Source: Octopus vulgaris (taxonomy: Eukaryota). Taken from it: a DNA stretch of 64,000 nt. The translations under genes were made by a program, and so were the position numbers. The notes beneath the pieces are model-generated. The model worked only from the letters and a program-made list of their open reading frames with translations. It was not told the DNA's origin and made no database searches. Location: contig OX597826.1 in NCBI GenBank assembly GCA_951406725.2, positions 69,502,001-69,566,000 on the forward strand, read 5' to 3'. This document shows, piece after piece, positions 41,611-54,769 of this stretch (its first letter is position 1; each line of letters opens with the position of its first letter).

Positions 41611-41898
41611 AATTGAGACAAAACCACTATTATGAAATCAAACAAAGAAAGATTTTAGCCAATACATAAAATAATTTATATAAATTAAAATTTAACAAAT
41701 TTATATAAATTTATATAAATTATTTATGTATTGGCTTAAGTCTTTCTTTGTTTGATTTGCATAATAGTGGTTTTGTCTTAATTTATTATAATATAATATT
41801 TTACTATAAAATTGGATTCAATTTTAATCTGATTTTTCCTTGTAAATTTGGATTTATTCCTAATATTTATTATTATATATATACATATATATATATGC

Positions 41899-41940
<42 letters not shown>

Positions 41941-42220
41941 GTATTTGTATATGTATATATGTATGTATGTATGTATATATGTATGTATGTATGTATGTGT
42001 GTGTGTGTACGTGTCTGTGTCTGTCCCCCCAACATCGCTTGACAGCTGATGCTGGTGTGTTTATGTCCCCGTATCCAGCGGTTCGGCAAAAGAGACCGAT
42101 AGAATAAGTACTTAGCTTACAAAGAATAAGTCCTGGGGTCGATTTGCTCGACTAAAGGCGGTGCTCCAGCATGGTCACAGTCACACGACTGAAACAAGTA
42201 AAAGAATAAAAAGTAAAGAG
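41406..42220 (+). mobile_element. SINE B, slightly 5'-truncated, with a foreign insertion in its TA tract
   Basis: Head 41406-41537; body and tail 42010-42220; insertion about 41603-41876. Confidence 0.9.
41603..41792. repeat. AT-rich fold-back element, arms about 80 bp
   Basis: GACAAAACCACTATTATG.AAATCAAACAAAGAAAGA.TT.AGCCAATACATAAA is mirrored by TTTATGTATTGGCTTAAGTCTTTCTTTGTTTGATTTGCATAATAGTGGTTTTGTC. Confidence 0.9.
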
Positions 42221-42304
42221 AGAGTGATTGTATTTCGTAGTTCTAACATTCTGTGAGATATCGCCGAGAACTTTCTGAATGAGCCAATGTGTAGTTGAAC
42301 ATCG

Positions 42305-42500
42305 TAGCACTCCGTCGGTTACGACGACGAGGGTTTCTGTTGATCCGATCAACGGAACAGCCTGTTCGAGAAATTAACGTGCAAGTGGCTGAGCACTCCA
42401 CAGACACGCACACACTTAACAGAGATTCAGTGTGACACAGAATGTGACATGGCTGGCCTCTTCAAATACAGGTACATCTCATTTTTTTCCAGATGAGGGA
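42305..42500 (-). mobile_element. SINE family D body/3' fragment
   Basis: Inverted homologue of 50701-50830 (GTGTCTGTGGAGTGCTCAGCCACTTGCA.GTTAATTTC). Confidence 0.7.
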
Positions 42501-42598
42501 TTCAACACGCCGTCAGGTATCTCAAAGACACATTGATCAAGGACAGAACAGGTCACAAAGTACCTAACTCTCGAGCTTACGGTGTTGAGACGAATACC

Positions 42599-42831
42599 TA
42601 TTTCTTTGTTACCCACAAGGAGCTAAACACAGAGGGGACAAACAAGGACAGACATAGGTATTAAGTCGATTACATCGACCCCAGTGCGTAACTGGTACTT
42701 AATTTATCGACCCCGAAAGGATGAAAGGCAAAGTCGACCTCGGCGGAATTTGAACTCAGAACCTAGCGGCAGACGAAATACCGCTTAATATTTCGCCCGG
42801 CGCGCTAACGATTCTGCCAGCTCGCCGCCTT
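42599..42831 (-). mobile_element. SINE A (tail 1), full length
   Basis: 14-bp TSD TTGAGACGAATACC at 42585-42598 and 42832-42845. Confidence 0.93.
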
Positions 42832-42889
42832 TTGAGACGAATACCCAAACGACTTAGCCATGGGCCTTCACTTGGGCACACACACAGTA

Positions 42890-43015
42890 CAGGGTGTCCA
42901 CAAAGTCTGGGTACATAGGATTAACACATACTTTAAGAAATTATTATTTCTTATATTTAATTCTTTATGTCATGATTTTATTTACTCCATGTACCCAGAC
43001 TTTGTGGACACCCTG
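42890..43015. mobile_element. 126-bp Tc1/mariner-type MITE
   Basis: Perfect 27-bp TIR CAGGGTGTCCACAAAGTCTGGGTACAT; TA on both flanks. Confidence 0.92.
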
Positions 43016-43369
43016 TAGATTACGCTGAATCGAGATACAAGTTACATTAGCCGATTAGCCAGAATCTCTGAGCTGAATGATAGGCCCTCGGACATATCAA
43101 TACGTAGAGCATAACCGGGTCCCGAGACCCATGACTCTCCGGGAAATTGCCCTGTGTCCATATGTGTTGACACATCTCTGTTGATAGGTGTAAAATAAAC
43201 CATCTCAATTTCACAGACAAAGTTTCATGAATAACAACTTCGAAGGATTTACGAATAATATATACAAGGCATGTAGACACGCATCCGGATATTTGAGGCT
43301 GGACATGCATTCATACATATATGTATACATACACACACACACACACACGCACACACACACACACACACA

Positions 43370-43408
<39 letters not shown>

Positions 43409-43532
43409 CTTATACACACAGGTATAATTATATATATTTATATAGATAGATATAGATATGCATAACTATACAAACACACATATATACATGCATTCATATA
43501 CACACATATTTATTTAAACATATATGTACATT

Positions 43533-43585
<53 letters not shown>

Positions 43586-43697
43586 GTGTATATATATATA
43601 CATACATACATACATACATACATACATACAGATGCATATTCACATACACACACATATACATATATACATAAACACACACGTACAGAGAGAAAGAGAC

Positions 43698-43753
<56 letters not shown>

Positions 43754-43799
43754 AAATGTAGGTGTGTATGTATGTATGTATAGATAGATATATAGATAA

Positions 43800-43879
<80 letters not shown>

Positions 43880-44438
43880 ATAGAGAGATAGCTTTATATT
43901 TTAGTATATTAGCGTGTGCAACCCTGTTTCTACATATTTGTATGTGTCTGTTTCATTGGCTGTATTTGTATGTGTGTGTTTGTGTTCGTGCACGTAGGTG
44001 CATGACCTGCGTTTTTGTAGGTCCTTATCTGTGTCCGTGTGTGCACTCGCGTACATGCGCGCGTGTGACCGTGTGTGTGTCCGTGTGTTTGCGTACGTGT
44101 GTGCGCGTGTGTATTGTTTATCAATTGAGCAATCTATATTCTTGGCCTTCTTGCTGATTACCACTTAAGTCTCCGTTGCTGCAAGAGATCAGTGAACGTT
44201 GTACTGGATGATATAATCTAAGTAAGTACGTTAACACGCTTAGAGAGTTCTTCGGTTTGATGTCAATTCGACGAAGTAATTAGATGTTCTCCAGCTCTTT
44301 GGATTGAAATCCTATATCTACATACACTTACAAACTGCGTATATGCATTTATCCGTGTATGGGTGTGTGTACATATCAGTGTGCGTGCGATACACACACA
44401 CGCACACACACACACACACACACATATATTTATGAATA

Positions 44439-44502
<64 letters not shown>

Positions 44503-44667
44503 CATGTATATAGATATATGAATATATATACATTATGTATATTTATATATATATATATATAGATATGGATATACATGTATATACACACAAGCATAATTAC
44601 GAATATAGACACACATATATATATATGTATTTATATATGTCTATGTGCATGTATATAGATACATGAA

Positions 44668-44715
<48 letters not shown>

Positions 44716-44761
44716 CATATATATAAACATACAAATATATATATATATATATATATATACT

Positions 44762-44831
<70 letters not shown>

Positions 44832-45911
44832 CATGCATACACATGTTCATATATATTTATATATGTATACATATGTATCTGTGTGTGTGACTGCGTATGC
44901 GTCTGTGTATGCATGTATGTTTGTGCGTGCAGGTGTGTGTGTATGCGTGTGTGTGTGTGTGTGTGTGTGTGAAGAAGGAATATTTCTCTTTGCAATTCGC
45001 GTTTGACACTGTAACGCTACTCATTAAAAACAGGTAACTTCACGACTTTCCGATCGCACTGGCGTGAAACTTTAGTGACCGGGAAAAAAAGACTTTAGTC
45101 CTTACGTAAACCGTATAGAAATACCTAGACATAGAAAGATATGTATGTATAAATAAGTATGTGTGCCTCTGCGTGCGAGTGTTTATGTGTGTGCGTTTGA
45201 GTGTGTGTGTGTAATAGACTAAATGCATAAACATGCAGGAAAGAACTGGTATTTAGTCAAATTATGACTTTAATATATTGGAACATTTACGAAATTTGAA
45301 GGTAGAAAAGAATATTACAGAAATTCAGATCATAAGAAGTCTGTGAAAGATTTGTTGTGGCAATCTCTTTCATGTTCGTCCGGTGATGGATTGTATTTCC
45401 TCTAAAATCCTACCCATTTACTGTTTGCAGGGAATTGCACCATCTGTACATCTATTCTCGAAACAGCTGTAAAGTCATAGGAGCATAGCTTCCTTCTTCT
45501 CATCCAGTTTTGGGTTCTAACTACGATGGCCAGCTTTACCTGTTTTTCTTATGTCAATAATATGGACTTGCTTTATATTTGTTCCAGTAGAATGCCAGAA
45601 TATATCGCAACCATCATGAATATAACTCTGATCTTTTATGGACCTCTTGTGAGCTAAACTCACGTGGCATCCATTTCTACCCTCAAGTTATATTGATGTT
45701 TAAATATGTCATAATCTGATACGATATCAGTTGTTTGCTGGTTTATACCCTTATTCAAATGTATGTATACAAGCGCGATTGAAACATTGCATGTAGCCTA
45801 TGTTCATCCCTGCAATTTTTGGTTGCGGTTCAAAAGGCAGCAAGTCAATCGGAACACTAAGTGTATGTACCTATTGTCCTATATCAACAGACGTAAATTA
45901 TCTGAATTTTA

Positions 45912-45944
<33 letters not shown>

Positions 45945-46089
45945 GCGATAGATAGATAGAGAGAGAGAGAGAGGGACCGTATATACATATGTATTTGAAA
46001 AGAGAACGTAGAAACGGTCGAAATGCCGCTAAGCATCTTGACCAGCGAGCTAACGATACTCCCAGCTTGCTGCCTTTCATAGCGAAAAC

Positions 46090-46705
46090 AATACCGACGA
46101 CGACGACGACGATGGTGAAGAAGAAAGCGACGACGACAACAACGATGACGATGATGATGATGATGATGATGATGGTCGTGATGGTGATGATGGTGGTGAT
46201 GATGGTGGTGATGATGGTGATGGTGATGGTGGTGGTGTTGATGGTGGTGATGATTGTGGTGATGATGGTGATGGTGATGGTGGTGGTGTTGATGGTGGTG
46301 GTGATGGTGGTGATGATGGTGATGGTGATGGTGGTGGTGTTGATGGTGGTGGTGATGGTGGTGGTGATGATGGTGGTGATGATTGTGGTGATGATGGTGG
46401 TGATGGTGGTGGTGATGGTGATGGTCGTGGTGGTGATGGTGGTGGTGATGTTGGTTGTGATGGTGGTGGTGATGGTGATGGTGATGGTGATGATGATGAT
46501 GACGACGATGAAGATGATGATGATGACGATGATGATGGTGATGGTATTGATGATGGTGATGGTGGTGGTGATGATTGTGGTGATGATGGTGGTGATGATG
46601 GTGGTGATGATGGTGGGGATGATGGTGGTGATGATGGTGGTGATGGTGGTGGTGATGGTGGTGGTGGTGATGGTGGTGGTGATGTGGTGGTGGTGATGGT
46701 GGTGG

Positions 46706-46753
<48 letters not shown>

Positions 46754-46885
46754 CGATGACGATGATGATGATGATGATGGTGGTGGTGATGATGGTGATG
46801 ACGATTATGATGATGATGATGATGATGATGATGGTGTTGGTGATAGTGATGGTGATGATGTTGGTGATGATGATGATGATGGTGG

Positions 46886-46923
<38 letters not shown>

Positions 46924-46960
46924 CTGACGACGACGACAATGATGATCTGGTGGTGATGAT
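46090..46960 (+). repeat. (GAT)n/(GGT)n mixed trinucleotide array
   Basis: Directly visible; M/V and S/P ORFs are artefacts. Confidence 0.95.
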
Positions 46961-47094
46961 ATTTTCTTTTATTTGACATACGGTAATTGATGAGCGTGAC
47001 ATCATACGGACAGTTTGTGCAATGCGTGAAGGTTTGCGCAAAACATGAAAGAAAAGAAAGGGAAAAGATGGTGAAATAAGATTAAAATTTTCCT

Positions 47095-47530
47095 AGGTAT
47101 GAGATGTTGCAGTTCTCCTGGTACAGGAGACCCTCCGGCTAGAGTCAATCATGGAGCCCCATAAATCCAGAATAATCCTGACCACCAAAAAGCACGATCT
47201 CTTTTCCCCGACTGCTATTTCCCAATTTATAGGTGAATGGTTAGAGTCGGTCCATTTACACTCACCATTTTTGTCTCTCAGAGTCACCCACCTTTGTACG
47301 AATTCACTGGAAGGGAGCCCTTCCCTATTCCACCTCACTTTCTTTTTTTCTCCAAGAGGGACTTTAAAAAAGTCGGAAGGAGCTTCACCGAAGAGGAAGT
47401 TGTCTCTCTTCAATTCCTTCAGCCTCGACCACTATACAACCTATTTTGCCAAAGCCACTAGACAGAGAAACACCGTCTGCCCTTCCCCGTTGGTGGTGAG
47501 GTGATCTTCACAATGGATTCTGCCGATAGT
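47095..47530 (-). mobile_element. Decayed Tx1/L1-like ORF2 C-terminal fragment
   Basis: Minus GQTVFLCLVALAK*VV*WSRLKELK..FFKVPL..KVR..F+QRW resembles the AK..IW..R / F..RW end of L1/Tx1 ORF2. Confidence 0.6.
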
Positions 47531-48125
47531 CTAGTCAGTTCGTCCTAATAGCAATAATCCCTTCTACTTTAAGCAGAAGGCCTGAAATTTTAAGGGATAG
47601 GGTCTAGTCGATTAGACTGACCCTAGAAACCGATTGATATTTATTTCATCAACCCCGAAAGGGTTAAATGTAACATCGAGCACGGAAAGAGCATTGTCGT
47701 ATTCGCTTTCATGCTAATTCGATCTAAGAAATACATTAAGGGTTTTCTGAAGTATTCAACCACTTCAGTTAAACGAGGAGGTAGGTGAATAGAACGAACG
47801 TCTGAATTGTGGTTATCGGAAACAAGGTGGGGAAAGCTTTTTTCCCACACGACAAAAGTAGTAACCGCTCCACCACTGAAATATATACAGTTCGTGGTTA
47901 GTTTTCCCACGCTCTGAGCGTGCTTGGGCGTGTGTGTGTGTGATTGTGTGTGCGTGTATGTACATGTGTGTGTGCATGTGCGTGCGTGTATCTATGGGAA
48001 TTTTTTCGCAAATTGGATGGATAGATAGATAGATAGATAGATTGATAGATAGACACACAAATAGACAGATTCATTCATACATACATGCATACATACATAC
48101 ATGAACACAAACATATACTCCTACA

Positions 48126-48330
48126 TCTATTATATAAAATCCGTTCTGTCTGTGTGTGTGTGTGGGGGGATCTTCTAGGATCTCGGGCATCCTCCATCCT
48201 ATTGTGCTCAAATTTGATATGTAGATACCGACGTTATCAGGACGTGTATAAGTCTTGAAAAAATTACAAAAATCGATTCCAGGTGAGAATGCAATCGATA
48301 AAGCATTCTTTGGAATAGAAAAAAAGTCTA
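48126..48330 (+). mobile_element. Helitron-like 5' end
   Basis: A|TCTATTATATAAAA start followed by GTCTGT microsatellite and CTCAAATTTG, typical of non-autonomous Helitron/DINE-like elements; 3' end not found. Confidence 0.5.
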
Positions 48331-48487
48331 TCTTTATTTCTTCTTTTGCTAGTGTCTCAAATTTAGATTAAATCAGTGTTTCTCAAAGGGGAGGCCTATG
48401 GGACGATCGAACAAGTTGTTTAGGAAAAATTTTATTTAAATGTTTGACAACTCAGCACCGTCCATTGGACGGAGCGCGTTTTGCTCG

Positions 48488-48519
<32 letters not shown>

Positions 48520-48745
48520 ATAGGAAGCCATATTCGCTTAATTTATAGGTTTATGTAATTACGCCACATCAAAGCCATAACAATAATGTACAAAAATTAC
48601 TGGATACCAGTAATTTTGCCGAATCGCTAAGTTACGGGGACGTAAACACACCAACATCAGTTGTCAAGCAATGGTTGCGGGGACAAACACACACAGACAT
48701 AGTTATATACCCCTATATTTATACTCGCACATATATTTATACTCG

Positions 48746-49151
48746 CACAGGAGTGGTTGTGTGGTAAGTAGCTTGTTTACCAACCACATGGTTTGGGGTT
48801 CAGTCCCACTGCGTGGCACCTTGGGCAAGTGTCTTCTACTATAGCCTCGGGCCGACCAAAGCCTTGTGAGTGGATTTGGTAGACGGAAACTGAAAGAAGC
48901 CCGTCGTATATATGTATATATATATATATACGTGTGTGTGTGTGTGTTTGTGTGTCTGTGTTTGTCCCCCTAGCATTGCTTGACAACCGATGCTGGTGTG
49001 TTTATGTCCCCGTTACTTAGCGGTTCGGCAAAACAGACCGATAGAATAAGTACTGGGCTCACAAAAAAGAATAAGTCCCGGGGGTCGAGTTGCTCGACTT
49101 AAGGCGGTGCTCCAGCATGGCCACAGTCAAATGACTGAAACAAGTAAAAGA

Positions 49152-49161
<10 letters not shown>
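48746..49161 (+). mobile_element. SINE B, full length (an inverted partial SINE B lies at 48614-48698)
   Basis: Close to consensus; short internal TA/TG tract; tail runs into (GA)n. Confidence 0.93.
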
Positions 49162-49187
<26 letters not shown>

Positions 49188-49254
49188 GTGTGTTTGTGCA
49201 AGAATAGTGGCAATCAAACGAAGATGAAATAAATAGATAAAGCAATACTGACAA

Positions 49255-49500
49255 CATTTGCAACCTGTTGGAATGCCGCTTCGTCGGTTACTGAAGGTAC
49301 AACCTCAACAGGCTTACTTGGTGAGGAGAGTGATATTTCTTGACAACCTGCCGAATAAATAAACAAGACCCTTTACAGAGTGGCTAAAATCATGAGAGAA
49401 AACGGCTTCCCAATTGTGAGCTAATATCCTTTATTCAAATACCTGTTGACTTGTAAGTAGCCTTTGCTGGGAAAAGGCTGAGAGAGGACATTCTGAAATC
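49255..49500 (+). mobile_element. Older copy of the RTE-related element at 33261-33810
   Basis: CAACCTGTTG..GTCGG..ACT, GCTTACTTGGTGAGGAG and TAGCCTTTG collinear with the reverse complement of 33490-33775. Confidence 0.55.
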
Positions 49501-49529
49501 AAATCTGCAGTTGATGTTGCTACCAGTTA

Positions 49530-49944
49530 TATTTCTTTTCTAATCTAGGTACAATGCCCGAAATTTGGCGGGAGGGGGCGAATGGGGATAACTGGTACTT
49601 AATTTAGCGATCCCGAAAGGATGAAAGCGAAAGTCGACCGCAACGGAATTTGAACACAGAATGTAAACAGACGAAATACTGCTAAGCATTTCGCCCGGCG
49701 TACTAACGTTTCTTATTTCTTTATTGCCCACAAGGGGCTAAACATAGACGGGACAAACAAGGACAGACAAAATGATTAAGTCGATTACATCGATACCAGT
49801 GCGTAACTAGTACTTAATTTATCGACCCCTAAAGGATGAAAGGCAAAGTCGACCTCAACTGAATTTGAACACAGAACGTAAACAGACGAAATACCGCTAA
49901 ACATTTCGTCCTGCGTACTAACGTTTCTGCCACTTCGCCGCCTT
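49530..49944 (-). mobile_element. Nested or dimeric SINE A (tail-1 monomer plus tail-2 monomer)
   Basis: Junction at 49713/49714; outer TSD GCTACCAGT at 49519-49527 and 49946-49954. Confidence 0.88.
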
Positions 49945-50499
49945 AGCTACCAGTCCTATTGTAATGCTTGTCATTGGATTCTAGTTAGTGACATACACAC
50001 ACAGAGTGAGACAAGCATTGTTCAAGCGAATGTCAGTTGATCCAATAACGTGCAGATGTCTTATTTCATCTGATTTATCTTGTCTCTTCAAATTATATCG
50101 CGATAAAACAGCGACAATGAAGAATCATTTCAGGCCACAAAGAATTAATGGTGATTATTGGAATGAAATGAATTAAATGGGAAAACTATTATGTGTGAAG
50201 ATCATTTTACCATTATGTGATCTTGTAAGTCTCTGTGTACAGAGATAGAATGTATTTTTCAACCACGTGTAGTATGCAACACAGGCAGTAAGCAAACAGA
50301 AAATGCAACAGATTGGTGAAAATAATTACAAAATGAACACAGGCAAATATACAAAGAGGGGATCGAAAAGGGGAAAAAAGCGTGTAATATGCAACAAAGG
50401 CAGTAAACAAAAGTAAAATAGAAAAACGCATTTAGTAGAGATGACCCGGAAGTTGTTGCTCTTCGATTACTATCACAAATAACAGTAGGTTTCTACAGC

Positions 50500-50700
50500 T
50501 GAATACACGCCGCTGATTGGTTAAAATTACCCAAATACGACAACTTTAGCACATAATAACTTCTAAAATACGAAATTTTGTCCAAAATGTTCAAAGTAAA
50601 CTGTGTTCAGCGTGAGAAATTACACCAATATAAGAAATTTCAAACTGTTTAGTTTTTAAAAAAATAATTTAAAAATCTGTGCGCCAAACCGAATAGATCC
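50500..50700. mobile_element. Partial relative of the 6506-6926 MITE
   Basis: Ends CAAACCGAATAGATCC, like the TIR CAAACAGAAAAGATCC; TGATTGGTT motif mirrors AACCAATCA at about 6684. Confidence 0.5.
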
Positions 50701-50830
50701 TCTCCCTGAGAACTACGTTAAGGGTGTGCGTGTCTGTGGAGTGCTCAGCCACTTGCAGGTTAATTTCGCGAGCAGACTGTTCCGTTTATTGGATCAACTG
50801 AAACCCTTGTCGTCGTAGCCGGCGGAGTAC
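50701..50830 (+). mobile_element. SINE family D 3' fragment
   Basis: Homologous to 42305-42420 in the opposite orientation. Confidence 0.7.
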
Positions 50831-50892
50831 CAGTCTTTTATTGTTTATATATATGTGTGTGTGTGTGTGTATGATTGCACGTGCGCATGTAG

Positions 50893-51178
50893 GGCAGCAG
50901 ACTTGCGGTCGTAGGATTGCGGTTTCGATTCCCAGACCGGGCGTTGTGAGTGTTTATTGAGCGAAAACACCTAAAGCTCCACGAGGCTCCAGCAGGGGGT
51001 GGTGGCGATCCCTGCTGTACTCTTTCGCCACAACTTTCTCTCACTCTTTCTTCTGTTGGCCTGCTCGCTTAGCCAGCGGGGTGGCGTCATTTGAAGGCTA
51101 AAACAATGCGAAGCGCATTGTGACCAGCGATGTGTAGCAACATCTGATAGCCTGGTCGGTCACGGTAATCACGGTGAT
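50893..51178 (+). mobile_element. SINE C-related element with a different body and the 32821-type tail
   Basis: B-box GGTTTCGATTCCC; tail CTGCTCGCTTAGCC..AAAACAATGCGAAGCGCATTGT..CATCTGA..CACGGT. Confidence 0.82.
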
Positions 51179-51678
51179 ATATATATATACATATATATAT
51201 ACGACGTTTCTGTCACAAGGAACATTAGTCGTCCCGTGTCTTTTGTGGAAGACACTCTCCTGAGGTTCCCTGCAGTGGGATTCAACCGAAAATCATGAAG
51301 ATGCAAAGCTAGGTCCTAACCACGCAGCCTTACCTACGCCTAACTGAATTTTACTTTTAAAAAAATGGCTTGGCAATGAAATGCTTTTTAATAAATTATA
51401 TTTATTTTTCTTGCTCAATATTTCTGAAACCGAAATTGAAATTTGCAGACAGTTCTTTGCCGCGATAATGAGATAATGCTTATATTCCACAAATGAAATT
51501 TTTATTGTCACTTTTTATTATATTCAAGCACAAACTCGCAATGTTTCAGATATATTTTTCTGAAAATAGAAAGTAGAATGTGAGTGTGTGTGTTTGTTTG
51601 TGTACATATATAGCACAAACATACACATACATCATAAATATATATGCACATACATATATACATATATATATGTATATG

Positions 51679-51710
<32 letters not shown>

Positions 51711-51772
51711 CATACATATATGTTTACATATATATATTTATATATATATATTGTTAATTATGTAGAAAGATT

Positions 51773-51822
<50 letters not shown>

Positions 51823-51839
51823 CGGACAGACAGACAGAC

Positions 51840-51952
<113 letters not shown>

Positions 51953-52437
51953 CATACATACATACATACATACATACATACATACATACATACATAAATA
52001 CATACATACATACATACATACATACATACATACATGCATGCATACATACATACACACATACATACATACATACATACATACATACATCTAGATAAACATT
52101 TGCATTCTTTTTTATGTCATTACGTCAGCTGACAATGTCCTTTCCACTTGAAACATTAAGTAATTGTAAAGTAGTCAGGTCTAATAAGAACCTTGAAACC
52201 TTATGGAAAATGATGAGTCCGCATTATTCTATCGATAAGAGTCGAAAAAATTATCTGTCCACATACACATACACACACGCGCGCTACACACACATATGCA
52301 TATATATATAAATCTTTTATCTTTTTGTGTTGCTTCAGTCATTAGATTACGGCCATGCTGGGGCACTGCTATGAACAATTTTTAGTCGAACGTATCGATC
52401 TCACTATATATGGTACATACATATGTGTGTGTATATC

Positions 52438-52865
52438 TCTCTTTACTCTCTTATACTCGTTTACTTGTTTCAGTCATTTGACTGTGGCCATGCTGGAGCA
52501 CCGCCTTTAGTTGAGCAAAGCGACCCTAGGACTTATTCTTTGAAAGCCTAGTACTTATTCTATCGGTCTCTTTCGCCGAACCGCTAAGTTACGTGGACGT
52601 AAACACACCAGCATCGGTTGTCAAGCGATGGTGGGGGGACAAACACAGACACACAAACATATACACACACATACATATATATATATACATATGCATATAT
52701 ACGACAGGCTTCTTTTCAGTTTCCGTCTACCAAATCCACTCACAAGGCTTTGGTCGGCCCAAGGCTATAGTAGAAGACACTTGCCCACGGTGTCACGCAG
52801 TGGGACTGAACCCGGAACTATGTGGTTCGTAAGCAAACTACTTATCACACAGCCACTCCTGCGCC
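52438..52865 (-). mobile_element. SINE B, full length
   Basis: Reverse complement of the 48746 copy with an internal CA/TA tract. Confidence 0.93.
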
Positions 52866-52869
52866 AGCG

Positions 52870-52914
<45 letters not shown>

Positions 52915-52915
<1 letters not shown>

Positions 52916-53270
52916 CTTTTATCTTTTGTTTCATTCATCAGGCTCTGACCATGCTGGAGCAGTGCCATTTTAGTCGAACGTATCGTCTCTAATGCTTATT
53001 TTTCTAAAAACTCTGGCACTTGCTCTACTGGCCTCTTTTGCCGAACCGGTGATTTAAGGGGACGGAAACACATCAGCACATGAGAGATGTGGGGAAGAAT
53101 ACAGACACAAACACACACACATATATACAACGGGCTTCTTTCAGTTTCCCTCAACCAAATCCACTTATAAGGCTTTGGTCGGCACAAGGCTTTAGAAGAA
53201 GACTCTTACCTAAGGTTCCACACAGTGGAACTGGATCTCTGACCATGTGGCTGAGAAGCAAGCTTCTTTA
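52915..53270 (-). mobile_element. SINE B, older diverged copy (another tail fragment at 52312-52400)
   Basis: Collinear with SINE B; many substitutions. Confidence 0.8.
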
Positions 53271-53479
53271 TTTCATCATAAGGCCTTACACAGAGAAAGA
53301 AGCCTGCGGGCTGGACGTAGACATAATGTTATATAAAATGAAAATGAAAATGAAAATGATGATTAATGGGGGAAAAATTGACGCCCGACGATCGCTTTTT
53401 GCCGAGGACATTGATCTTTTGTATATTGTTCATGAGGCAACAAACCTCTACACTGTTCACAATATATAGGATCCTTCCG

Positions 53480-54475
53480 TGAGCACCCATTTTTGCTCGC
53501 CTTCTTCCTCTTGCGGCCCCTCTTTGAGGAGTCCTCCGCCTCCTCGGCCGCCTTCACTCCCTCTTTTACAGAGGTCTCACTCAACAGCTCCAGGACCTTA
53601 CTTTGTTCCTGGGGACAGTTTTTCTTTATATGGCCAGGCTCCAGGCACCTATGACACCTGGTGGGGCGACCCTCAAGAATCACCGGGTACCTGCACCCGG
53701 CCATTTTCAAAATATCTGGAAAAATCAGATTGGCTGATTGTGTCCAAAGGGTCAAAACAACTTTTGTCCCACTCAATCAGCCGCAGGAAAAACTTTCACA
53801 TTAAGGAGCTTGGCTCTGTTACCATCCCGGACCCCGGTGGATAGTTTCCCCTATCCGCTCGGGTTTTATCCCGGGTAGCAGCCCACCAACAAAAGCTCTT
53901 GTCAACTTCCTCTTGTCAAATTTTATTGCCCTCCAGAGGCTGGCTCGCAAAACGGCGAGCCTCCTCAGGGGTGTCAAACAGCAACCACACCGTTGCACAT
54001 ACTTGACACCCTTCGGGATGTATTTGATAGTTGGCAAATATTCTGCTAACTCTTTCTCAATTTCACTCTTTTGAAATAGGGCGATGGCGTCGAGCGACTT
54101 GGAGTTCGTTCGCAGCACCACCATCCTCTCTTCAAAGTCCTTCATCCACTCTTTGGGCGGGACAATTTGCCAATCCAACGCAGCGTTATTTATCTTCTTT
54201 GCCATGTTTCGTTTTGAAGAAAAGTTCACAAAAAAGTTCTAAGTTCAAAGAAACAAAAATACAGGAAAGAAGGAAGAAGACGAGAAACATTTAAAAAAAA
54301 CACAACAAATTCTTCTGGCTCTCCTGGTACTCCTGGCCAAGTTGGTAATCCCCCTGGCAAGGCCACAAAATAGTCACAAAAAATAACACTATTTTCGGAG
54401 GAACATGCCCCCCTTAAACACACTTCTTGCCGCTAAAACACAACCACAGACAGACAAATGCGTGGAACTCAGTGG
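53480..54475 (-). mobile_element. Tx1/L1-like LINE 5' UTR plus frameshifted ORF1 with CCHC zinc knuckle
   Basis: ATG at 54205 (MAKKINNAALDWQIVPP..); CX2CX4HX4C knuckle CHRCLEPGHIKKNC at 53615-53656 preceded by VILEGRP; frameshifts between the ORF pieces. Confidence 0.8.
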
Positions 54476-54678
54476 AGATTCCTTGTACGACAAAATTAAG
54501 TAAACATGAGCAACGAGGCCCCACTGAACCCCACCCCCAAAAAAATGTCTTACCTAGTAGTTGTGCTTTGATAATTCACGACATTGGTATACAAAGACGT
54601 GACTCCAGCAGCGAAGAAGGACGGGTCCACTCAGTAGTGAGGGAAGCAAGCCTCTTACCAAAGTGCCGCGCCTGCTCT

Positions 54679-54769
<91 letters not shown>

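Noticed and set aside
45330-45720. Decayed LINE endonuclease-like fragment on the minus strand
   Set aside because: No diagnostic motif could be recovered by eye
53363-54229. Host zinc-knuckle gene or active LINE
   Set aside because: Frameshifted, intronless and truncated with no adjoining ORF2; a dead retrotransposon ORF1
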